Positions 45,075-54,160 of a DNA stretch of 64,000 nt are shown here, one piece after another (within the stretch, counting starts at the first letter, position 1; the number at the start of each line of letters is the position of its first letter). The position numbers were made by a program, and so were the translations under genes. The notes under the pieces were generated by a model that saw nothing but the letters and a program-made list of their open reading frames with translations, was not told the DNA's origin and did no database searches. Source of the stretch: a virus; IMG/VR virus record IMGVR_UViG_3300042314_001189, positions 1 through 64,000 of that record. One strand, given 5' to 3'.

Positions 45075-48000
45075 ATGTCAGAAACAGTAAGAATAAGGAC
45101 AAAACCAAATGGTTCAGACAAATACCTTAAAGTAAAATTAGACCAAGAATTTGATTTCATTGAAGTTCTTTCAATGAAAATAACACAAGAAGAGGCGTAT
45201 AGAAACTTCTGTTCTGATTATGGTGTAATTGTAGGTAGAGTAATCATCAACAGTGGCTTTGGTTTACCAAACGCCAGAGTTAGTGTATTTATACCAATTG
45301 ATGATGTTGATAAAAATGACCCACAAATAAAAGGGTTATATCCTTATTCTATTGTTTCTGATAAAGATAGTGATGGTATTAGATACAATCTATTACCTAA
45401 ATCAAGTGAAACCAATAACGAATGTTTTACACCAATAGGTACATTTCCAAACAAAAGAGAAATATTGGATAATGATGAATTATTAGGTGTTTATTGCAAA
45501 TATTACAAGTTCACAACAACAACAAATAATGCTGGTGATTTTATGATATTTGGTGTGCCACTAGGCACATATACCGTACACGTGGATGCTGATATATCAG
45601 ATATCGGTATTGTATCTCAAAGACCATACGATTTAATTAGCCAAGGAACACCACTTAAATTTTTTGATAGTCCTACCAAATATAAAGGTGGTACAAATTT
45701 AGACAAATTAGTTCAAATCAAATCAACAAATTATGGTGTAAACGTACAACCTTTCTGGGGTAGTACTGATAATTGCGAAATAGGCATTACCAGAGCTGAT
45801 ATTGATATGAATTACAATATCAGACCATGTGCTATGTTCATGGGTAGTATTTTTGGTGACCAAGAAAAAAATAGTATAAACAAAAGATGTAGACCCAGAA
45901 AAAAACTAGGTCAGTTATGTGAACAAATAGCTGGCGAAGGTTCTATTGAGATGCTTAGAGAAACTATTGATGGTGGGGTTGAACAGTTTGATGTTGATGG
46001 TGGTCGATTAATAGACGAAGATGGAACATGGGCGTATCAAATACCTATGAACCTAGATTACGTTGTTACTGATGAGTTCGGTAACCTAATACCATCTGAT
46101 GATGAAACAAAAGGAATACCAACTAGAGCAAGTGTAAGGTTTAAAATAGGGATGGACAATACTGGTGGTGAAGGTAGGCTTAGAACAAGAGCCAAATATT
46201 TAGTACCTAATAATCCTAATTCTGTTTCTGAAATAGATTACACATTCAATGAAACAACAAAGAAAACTAGTTTTAGAAGTTTATATTGGAACAAAATATA
46301 CAGCGTTACCAACTTTATACCTAGATATCAAACATCTGACAATAAAAAAACAAGAGCGTTTACAGCTATAAAAGATGTCGATGGTTGTGCTGGTGATAAG
46401 ACAACGTTTCCTTTTAATAAAGTTAATACTGATTTTAGCCCTATATTTTTCATCATTTGTTTAATCATAAAAATAATTGCATTTTTAATTTATATTATGA
46501 ATGCGTTTTTAATTAAATTAGTAAACATAATCATAGGTGTTTTGAATGCTATTCTAAAAGTGATATGTAACATAATTTTTAGCATAGGTAAATTCATTAA
46601 TAAGATACCATTTGTCAGTGTAAATGTATGTAATTGGTGTATTGGTAATGGTTGTTGTAATTGTAGTGATATCTTAGGTTATATACCTTGTATTTGGGTA
46701 CAATGTCCCTTTGACGCTGATGCTGGGACTGGCTTGTATGCACCTGGTTGTAAGGAAACTGATAAAGGGTTTGAAGCGGTTAAAACAAACACTGGGTATT
46801 ACCCAACTTTTTACCCTGGTGATGATTTTGACCATCCAGATAAATTTGGTGATGCAGCTGGTTTAGATAAATGTGTCGCTGCTGTACTTGCTGAGAGCTT
46901 AGGTATATTCCAATTTGATTTTTACAATGATTGGGTAAATGGTACCTTATATGGTTATTTATTAAAATATAAAAGAAAGAGAAGAAAATCTGAGAGATTC
47001 TGTGAATATGATTGTGATGATTTCTTCAGCCAAGGTGGTGTAGATGGAAACAAAAATAATAACCCAGATAACAATTGTAGAACAAATTATTTGTTTGATA
47101 GTTGTTATAACGGTGGTGATGACTCACAAGATGAATTAAAATCTAGAGGTGGTGTTAGGGAAGGTTTGATAAAAAAGATTGACACTTTCCAAAATGGTAA
47201 AAAAATAAATGAAGAGTTTTTCTATGCCGCATCCCTTCATGATGCATCAGCAAAATTATTTGCAACTGATATTATTTGCATGGGTTCGGTTTTTGATTGT
47301 GATTGGCAAGGAATACCAAAGGTTCAATCATTATTGATACCTACAACATATAAAATACCACCAATTGTAGTTGAATTGACAGACGATAACCAAACTGTTG
47401 AAACAACTGGTATGATTGGTACTGGTGGTAGTTTACAAGGCTTGTTTTTTGAAGTTGATTGTATTGGTTTACATTCAGATTACAGTCAATGCTTAAATAT
47501 TAGACATTTATCTGAGTTTGGTGTTGATTTAGACCAATTACAGTTTGGCGCACCCTCAGCTTCATACCCTAATGGGGCACCGATTTATGCTGATAATAAC
47601 ATAGGTATAAAAGATATTGACGAAAACGGTGGTATTTGGTTTAGAGATGTGTATTACGAATTAAACAAAATCCCTAATCAAAATTCGTTTACGTTAGTGC
47701 CTTTTACAACCAGCTTTAACCTTAACGATGCCGCAACTTATTCGTTCTCAAACAATACTGATAACGGTGTTAACTATTCTAGTTTTAGAGGTTACCCTAG
47801 CGGTTCTGAGTCACAATTTACACAACCTAAACACTCGTATTTTTTCTACTTTGGTATTCTACCAGGAAAAGGTGCTTTAGAAAAATTAAACCAAAGATTT
47901 TTTACAAGATGTTTACCAGTAACTGAAAAAGAATTTAACGTTCTTGCTACATCACAATCAGCAACGGGGTCAAACCCTACTGGTTCGATAACGTTTAGTG

Positions 48001-49553
48001 TGGTTTCTGGTACAGCACCTTTCACATACACGATTAGTGGACCAAATGGATACAATAGTACTGGAACAATAGCTGCTCCACCAGCACCACAAACAGTTAC
48101 TATAACTAATTTACCAGTTGGTACTTATACAATACAAGTTGTAGATGCAAATGGAAATGTTGTAACCCAAAACACAACAATAGATGGACCACCAGCCTTA
48201 TATGCAACGGCTTCTGTTACTAAATTATGTAGTTCAGCTAGTGTTCAAGACGGTGAAATTACAATAACTAGTATAGGCGGTGGAACTGGCGTTTGGACTT
48301 ATCAATTGTTAAGAAGCAACGGTTCCGTAGCAAAACCAGTAACATCGATTTCTACCTCACCATTGATAATAACTGGTCTAGGTGCTGACACTGGTTCTGA
48401 TGGTTTAACACCACCGAATTTTGGTTATAAATTATTGGTTAGTGATGGTATAACAACAGTCACAATTACTGATTTGGTTTTAAACGGACCAACACCAGTT
48501 GTTTTAAGTGTTTTAACTCAGACACCTACAACATGTTGGGAATCAGCAGATGGCACATTCAACATAGGTCTTACTGGTGGTCAAGGTCCTTACACAAATA
48601 CAATAACTGGTCCAGCTGGTTTCCCATCTACAAATGGTTTATCAGTAAACGATGCGATTAGAGGTACATATACGATTACAACAGTTGATAATTACGGAAC
48701 AACAGATACACTATCTGTAATAGTACCTAGTTTAAATGTACAGATGATTGCATCAATGGCACCAACTGCTCAATTAAATAAACAATGTGACCCTAACAAT
48801 TATATTGTACCGTTTTACGTTACTGCTGGTGCAACTGCTGGACCAATAAAAATACAATACAATGTTGATGACAACACTGGTAGTGGTTTAGATTTAATTT
48901 GGAATGATGTTATATTAACATATGTTAATGCTTCAACACCTATGTTTGTTACAATACCAAACCCTAGCGGTGGGTTAAATAGCGGTATTAAAATAAGGAT
49001 GAAATCACCAGATGGTTTATGTTTTAGTAATATTTTATCAATTAATAAAGCTAGTATTGAATTACCTATCAACACATTATCGATAAATACAACTGGAATA
49101 AACAACGCTCAACAATGTAATCCAAACCTTGTATCGTTTAAATTTAATGTTAGTCATTTACAAGCTGGCTCAACAGCACGTCTACCTTATACGTTTGTTT
49201 ATCAAGTAAATGGTGGTCCAACAAACACTGTATCGATAACAACTAACCAACAATTGATAAACGCAACAATGCCGTCTATATCATCTAGTGCGGTTATAAC
49301 TTATACAATAACTGATAATAAAGGTTGTGTGGCTAGTGGAACATTACCAACAATAACAATGCCTACACAAGCATTAACTGCTTATTGGACATATAATACT
49401 AGTGTAACACCTAACACAAAATCACTAGTGATTAACGGTGGTTTAGCACCATATTCAACAGCACCAGCTGTAAACTCACTTAAATCAGCGATTCAAACAG
49501 TTAGTGTTAGTGATAACGTTGGTTGTACATTCATCACACCTTCTAGTACTTAA
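45075..49553 (+). CDS. Large Cys-rich virion protein with central hydrophobic segment and SprB-like repeats
   Basis: GRVI...GLPNARVSVF and NNAGDFMIFGVPLGTYTVHVD (prealbumin-like); hydrophobic stretch FFIICLIIKIIAFLIY...; repeats GSIT..VSGTAPFTY...NLPVGTYTIQVVDANG, TDNKGC, SDNVGC. Confidence 0.65.
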   Translation: MSETVRIRTKPNGSDKYLKVKLDQEFDFIEVLSMKITQEEAYRNFCSDYGVIVGRVIINSGFGLPNARVSVFIPIDDVDKNDPQIKGLYPYSIVSDKDSDGIRYNLLPKSSETNNECFTPIGTFPNKREILDNDELLGVYCKYYKFTTTTNNAGDFMIFGVPLGTYTVHVDADISDIGIVSQRPYDLISQGTPLKFFDSPTKYKGGTNLDKLVQIKSTNYGVNVQPFWGSTDNCEIGITRADIDMNYNIRPCAMFMGSIFGDQEKNSINKRCRPRKKLGQLCEQIAGEGSIEMLRETIDGGVEQFDVDGGRLIDEDGTWAYQIPMNLDYVVTDEFGNLIPSDDETKGIPTRASVRFKIGMDNTGGEGRLRTRAKYLVPNNPNSVSEIDYTFNETTKKTSFRSLYWNKIYSVTNFIPRYQTSDNKKTRAFTAIKDVDGCAGDKTTFPFNKVNTDFSPIFFIICLIIKIIAFLIYIMNAFLIKLVNIIIGVLNAILKVICNIIFSIGKFINKIPFVSVNVCNWCIGNGCCNCSDILGYIPCIWVQCPFDADAGTGLYAPGCKETDKGFEAVKTNTGYYPTFYPGDDFDHPDKFGDAAGLDKCVAAVLAESLGIFQFDFYNDWVNGTLYGYLLKYKRKRRKSERFCEYDCDDFFSQGGVDGNKNNNPDNNCRTNYLFDSCYNGGDDSQDELKSRGGVREGLIKKIDTFQNGKKINEEFFYAASLHDASAKLFATDIICMGSVFDCDWQGIPKVQSLLIPTTYKIPPIVVELTDDNQTVETTGMIGTGGSLQGLFFEVDCIGLHSDYSQCLNIRHLSEFGVDLDQLQFGAPSASYPNGAPIYADNNIGIKDIDENGGIWFRDVYYELNKIPNQNSFTLVPFTTSFNLNDAATYSFSNNTDNGVNYSSFRGYPSGSESQFTQPKHSYFFYFGILPGKGALEKLNQRFFTRCLPVTEKEFNVLATSQSATGSNPTGSITFSVVSGTAPFTYTISGPNGYNSTGTIAAPPAPQTVTITNLPVGTYTIQVVDANGNVVTQNTTIDGPPALYATASVTKLCSSASVQDGEITITSIGGGTGVWTYQLLRSNGSVAKPVTSISTSPLIITGLGADTGSDGLTPPNFGYKLLVSDGITTVTITDLVLNGPTPVVLSVLTQTPTTCWESADGTFNIGLTGGQGPYTNTITGPAGFPSTNGLSVNDAIRGTYTITTVDNYGTTDTLSVIVPSLNVQMIASMAPTAQLNKQCDPNNYIVPFYVTAGATAGPIKIQYNVDDNTGSGLDLIWNDVILTYVNASTPMFVTIPNPSGGLNSGIKIRMKSPDGLCFSNILSINKASIELPINTLSINTTGINNAQQCNPNLVSFKFNVSHLQAGSTARLPYTFVYQVNGGPTNTVSITTNQQLINATMPSISSSAVITYTITDNKGCVASGTLPTITMPTQALTAYWTYNTSVTPNTKSLVINGGLAPYSTAPAVNSLKSAIQTVSVSDNVGCTFITPSST

Positions 49554-49561
49554 TTAATAAC

Positions 49562-51367
49562 ATGGAAAGAACACAACAAAGATTAAATAAAGAAAAATCT
49601 GCATTATCAGTAAACACTGACACTACTTTAAAAATCAACATTGAAAATAGTCAAAGACTATTACCAACAAATGAAATTAATAAAATAGTTAATGTTGCTG
49701 AAAGATTTAATATTGAAAGACAAAGATGTAAATATTATCGTATTATTGGTACGATGAACACAACAATGTCAAACGTTTTATTTAATCTAAAAAATTCTGC
49801 CATGTCTGACAAGTATACATGGTCTTGGTTTAATTCTTTAGACTTTCTAGACACTTCATACCCAAAAGACAACGATATCATTGATGATACCGATTTGACA
49901 TACCCAGCGTCCTTAAAAACAAACTTAAAAGAAAAAGATGGTTGGTTTGGTTGCTATGACCCAGATATTGCAAAAGCTGCTTTATGTAATTATTTTGACA
50001 TGGAGCCAAAGAGAGAAAGATTTTATTTTACACCAGACATCATGCCATATATGGGTAACGCAAATTCCCAACCAGTGAAAAATTGGGAATTAACCATTAC
50101 GTACCCAAAAGAAATGGATAAAGCACATAATTTTGTAAACGGTGGTCTATTAATAACTGAAGCGGTTAGTGCGACAATAGCAACAAGACCAATGACAGCT
50201 ATTGGTATGTCATGCATGCATAATTTAAAAATAGGTGATGTTGTTAGGGTAACTGGAACAACTGGTTATGATGGTGACCATGTTGTTGTTAGAACTGGAT
50301 TAGATAATGGTGATTTTAAAGAATATTACTTTGTTATAGATAAACCAAATACTGGTGTCTTAGGTGCAAATTCTAGGATGAAAAGACTTGTAAACAACAT
50401 TGAATCAGAGTATTATTTTAGAATATTTAGAAAAATAAAAACTAGAGTGGCACCACTAATTGAAACGGATGATTACGAAGCTTACCGTGTTGGTTTTAGT
50501 GAAAACTTCTTTAACGATTCAATAATTCAGTTTGTTTTTAATGAAGATATAGATGTTACTGAATTAACAGATAACCTAGGCAGACCATTAAGTGAACTTT
50601 ACTTAACTATTATCAAAACAAATAGCAACAATTTATTTACAAATGTTTCATCTGGTTTTGAAACACCATATGCATCTAGACTAAATAATAGTAACACTAT
50701 AAGTTATTTAAGAAATATTCCTACGATACATAAAATACATAATGGTGGTTCATTACCATTTCCAACACACACACCATTGGAAAACGATATTAACATAAAC
50801 AACAATAATAATATCACAAACAATAATGATTTTTATGGTGATTTGGTAGAGTACAATATTAATGAATTAACTGAAGTAGTATTGGCTAACATCCAACACA
50901 GATTTAACACAGTAAATAGAGAAACAAACCCATCTTTAACATATGTTTCAGATAGAGGGACACCGCTTAACCCATCGTTTATAACAAAAACGATTACAAT
51001 GGGCCCAAGACAAGAAGGTTATTATTATCAACCACATCATTTAATTAAAATAAGAGAATTTTCTACTTATATCGAACAAGGTGATGAATTTACGGAAGGT
51101 ATACCTAGCTACGCAACAGATTTAGGTGATGGTAGAATAATATGGAGAGATTTACTAGACATAGGTTTCAACGAAAGTGATGAAAAACCATTGGATTATC
51201 CATTTTTAAATGGCTCTCATTACATGTATCAAAACTATTGTTTTACGGTTAGAAGACAAGACCCATTCGGTGTTTGGAATTTATATTACAGCAAATTCCC
51301 AGAAGACCCAGTTGGTGATAGAATAACAGATAAATTTAAAACCAATACAGAAGAAGATGTTTGCTAA
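49562..51367 (+). CDS. Baseplate-region structural protein
   Basis: 601 aa; HNLKIGDVVRVTG...YDG beta module common in phage virion proteins; coupled operon context. Confidence 0.55.
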   Translation: MERTQQRLNKEKSALSVNTDTTLKINIENSQRLLPTNEINKIVNVAERFNIERQRCKYYRIIGTMNTTMSNVLFNLKNSAMSDKYTWSWFNSLDFLDTSYPKDNDIIDDTDLTYPASLKTNLKEKDGWFGCYDPDIAKAALCNYFDMEPKRERFYFTPDIMPYMGNANSQPVKNWELTITYPKEMDKAHNFVNGGLLITEAVSATIATRPMTAIGMSCMHNLKIGDVVRVTGTTGYDGDHVVVRTGLDNGDFKEYYFVIDKPNTGVLGANSRMKRLVNNIESEYYFRIFRKIKTRVAPLIETDDYEAYRVGFSENFFNDSIIQFVFNEDIDVTELTDNLGRPLSELYLTIIKTNSNNLFTNVSSGFETPYASRLNNSNTISYLRNIPTIHKIHNGGSLPFPTHTPLENDININNNNNITNNNDFYGDLVEYNINELTEVVLANIQHRFNTVNRETNPSLTYVSDRGTPLNPSFITKTITMGPRQEGYYYQPHHLIKIREFSTYIEQGDEFTEGIPSYATDLGDGRIIWRDLLDIGFNESDEKPLDYPFLNGSHYMYQNYCFTVRRQDPFGVWNLYYSKFPEDPVGDRITDKFKTNTEEDVC

Positions 51368-52205
51368 TAAAGTTAAAATCAACATGTCAACAATACCTTC
51401 TGGCGCAACTGGTACAACGATTACAGTTCCAATTAACATGACGTTTCAGAATGTTGATAATGCGGAATTGATAGACAGAGTATTTGTTGAAACAGAAGTG
51501 GAGAATGCTATTAACCCAATCATAGATTATGAAAAAGTTAGGTTCCTACCTTTGGATTTACAAGGCACATATATTGATAAAATCATTTACGATGTTTACT
51601 TGTTAAACCCTACACAAAATTATGTAGGGTTTTATGGTAATATTGGGTTTACTGATGATGATATAAAATTTAGAAAAGAATCTTTTAAACAAACATTTTT
51701 AAGGTTGAGTTTTTATGATACCGATAATCCATTAACACAATCATTGGTTAGTTTTTTAACATTGTATTCTGAACTAAATTCTTCTGATTTACAACAACCA
51801 GGTCCAGGTATAATACCAGGCACCCCAAAACCAGCAAATCAAATACCCGTTAACTTTGTTGTTGAAAGTCCTTTGTTGAACCCTATGGGTTCTGCTGAAG
51901 GATATCACTTATATGATTACAAAAGTGAGTTAAATATAGGTGAGTCAAAGTATTTATATATGAGAGCAACGCTAGCAAATGCTAAAACGGGTAAAATTGT
52001 TAATTTAATGGTTAAAAATGTGGCACAGCCAATTGATAAACTAGTGCATGAACTTTACACTAGATACAAAATGGTTAGAACGGCTACTGGTTATTATTAT
52101 GAAATAGACAATACCTACCAAGGAAATGGCATTTCTGGTCAAAATAACGTAACATACAACACAAACACGTCTGTTGTAAAACTTTATGAAATAAATGCCA
52201 CATAA
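51357..52205 (+). CDS. Putative structural protein
   Basis: 282 aa, overlaps both neighbours in the baseplate operon. Confidence 0.55.
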   Translation: MFANKVKINMSTIPSGATGTTITVPINMTFQNVDNAELIDRVFVETEVENAINPIIDYEKVRFLPLDLQGTYIDKIIYDVYLLNPTQNYVGFYGNIGFTDDDIKFRKESFKQTFLRLSFYDTDNPLTQSLVSFLTLYSELNSSDLQQPGPGIIPGTPKPANQIPVNFVVESPLLNPMGSAEGYHLYDYKSELNIGESKYLYMRATLANAKTGKIVNLMVKNVAQPIDKLVHELYTRYKMVRTATGYYYEIDNTYQGNGISGQNNVTYNTNTSVVKLYEINAT

Positions 52206-53086
52206 TGGAAGTCATTAAAAGAAAAATATTACTAGAAAACAGTATTGATAGAAGCAGTGAAAATAAAAATTGGGGTACGTTAACAGCGACAACTTTTTAT
52301 TTAAAAGTTTTGATAACTCAAAACGTTGATGATATGGGTTTGTTTACAGATTCTGAATTTATCGTAAAAGATAAAGTTTCAACACCAGCTGACTATACAA
52401 TATTAAAGGATAAATTAACAACACTAGGTCTTTTATTCCCATTTATGACTGGTGCAACTGGCCCTACATTTACAACAAACAATACACCAGAAACATTATG
52501 GAAAGTTTTAAGGTATCCGATAAATACGGTGTCAAATTACTACAATTTTAGTAATATTGTTATTACTGGTGCCACAGATAGTAGAATTGAAGATGTTAGG
52601 TCATATGCTGCAATCAACCCTTTTAGAACAAATTTTAACGTTAACACTGAAACATATACAAACTACAACAACGTAACAGTAAACGGTGTTGATAGAATCA
52701 AATCAATGTCCGACCCTAAAATCTATGTTTTTGATACACCAAATGACACTAATTTAGGGACAAATAACCAAGTTTATGGGTTACAATTCATGGACTATAG
52801 CGGTGTCACAAGACAAATATTGGTTGAGGATGAAATCACTGTAGTACCTTTAACAACTTACCGATACATAGGCGAAGGATTTAATGAAACAAATATTTCA
52901 TTATCGGGATTGACCAAAGAAGAATATTTATTTGGTATAATTTCTCCACCAGAAGTTCAAAACGATGTATTTATAGATAGAGGTATAACAACTGTTATGG
53001 ATAGGCATTTAAAGCTCTCTGAAATAAGAAATATAAAAGAGTTAGAAAACTACGGAAACGGATATTATAAACTAAATAAACAATAA
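52205..53086 (+). CDS. Putative structural protein
   Basis: 293 aa, TAATG-coupled; PEVQNDVFIDRG...LENYGNGYY C-terminal motif. Confidence 0.55.
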   Translation: MEVIKRKILLENSIDRSSENKNWGTLTATTFYLKVLITQNVDDMGLFTDSEFIVKDKVSTPADYTILKDKLTTLGLLFPFMTGATGPTFTTNNTPETLWKVLRYPINTVSNYYNFSNIVITGATDSRIEDVRSYAAINPFRTNFNVNTETYTNYNNVTVNGVDRIKSMSDPKIYVFDTPNDTNLGTNNQVYGLQFMDYSGVTRQILVEDEITVVPLTTYRYIGEGFNETNISLSGLTKEEYLFGIISPPEVQNDVFIDRGITTVMDRHLKLSEIRNIKELENYGNGYYKLNKQ

Positions 53087-53226
53087 TGACAGAAAAAGAA
53101 AAAGAATATAATAAGAAGTGGTTACTTTCATACCATTTGTTATTACCTTTAGATGAAATAAATAAATTAAATGACCATGAAATTAACATCATGGTCAATT
53201 TTATAAATAATAAGTTAAAAAGTTAA
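53086..53226 (+). CDS. Small hypothetical protein, 46 aa
   Basis: Below the track cutoff. MTEKEKEYNKKWLLSYHLLLPLDEINKLNDHEINIMVNFINNKLKS; TAATG-coupled, ends 3 nt before the next ATG. Confidence 0.55.
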   Translation: MTEKEKEYNKKWLLSYHLLLPLDEINKLNDHEINIMVNFINNKLKS

Positions 53227-53229
53227 GAT

Positions 53230-54153
53230 ATGGCAACAGGAACATACGGAATAGTAAGACCAGCAGATATTTCCCCAGATGATGTGGAGATTTTTTATCA
53301 TTTTACACCATCTAGAGATAAAGCTGGTGATGCTGGACTAACAAAATTAGACCCAAATATAGTTTTAAAGAAAATCGATAACCCTAACAAAGTTCAATCG
53401 AATGTAACTGGATTTGAAGTTTTTGGTGGGATGTATACACTTACATTACCAGTTGCCAATTTTAGTACAAAAGGTTTTTATACAATTATTATAAAACCAG
53501 TTGAAATTAGAACCAAAATAGTTGATGTTGGTGTGTTATCATCATATCCAGATATCAAAGGTTTATTGTTTGATATAGCTAGCGTTCCTACAAATTTTTC
53601 AAATAGATTTGAAAACAACGGATTGGTTGGTTATAGAATTGAATATTTGGACACAACAACATCTAGACCAGACGCAAAAGTTAATAACTTTTTCAGAGTC
53701 ATCACATCAAATAACAGAGCTGAGCCAGTAAACCAAAATTTAACGAACACAAATCAAAAAGCTATCAGATATAGGTTCAACGATAATTCAAGTTTAACTT
53801 TTTGTACTGTTTCACCAGCATCTGCACCAAATGTCAAACCAAATGCGTTGCCGTTTATCGGACAACCTAACCAAGAAATAATTATCACAAATACTTTCTT
53901 CAACCCTATAATGATAGAAGTTGAAATGGTTGAACATGATGTTGAAACACTTGCATTTGCAATCTTTGGTAATCAGACTAAGAGTCTTGAAGATGGTATT
54001 TACACAATATACAACTTTAATAATGATATTTATAAACAATACAATTTATACGAAATAAAAGACCAGTTTACTGGTAAATCATTGTTTGAGGTTAGAGAAC
54101 AAAGAACAGCGATTGATTTTAGTAAAACTTTTAATAATATAACAACAATCTAA
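53230..54153 (+). CDS. Putative baseplate structural protein
   Basis: 307 aa in a continuous baseplate operon; no family recognised. Confidence 0.55.
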   Translation: MATGTYGIVRPADISPDDVEIFYHFTPSRDKAGDAGLTKLDPNIVLKKIDNPNKVQSNVTGFEVFGGMYTLTLPVANFSTKGFYTIIIKPVEIRTKIVDVGVLSSYPDIKGLLFDIASVPTNFSNRFENNGLVGYRIEYLDTTTSRPDAKVNNFFRVITSNNRAEPVNQNLTNTNQKAIRYRFNDNSSLTFCTVSPASAPNVKPNALPFIGQPNQEIIITNTFFNPIMIEVEMVEHDVETLAFAIFGNQTKSLEDGIYTIYNFNNDIYKQYNLYEIKDQFTGKSLFEVREQRTAIDFSKTFNNITTI

Positions 54154-54160
54154 TTTTTAA

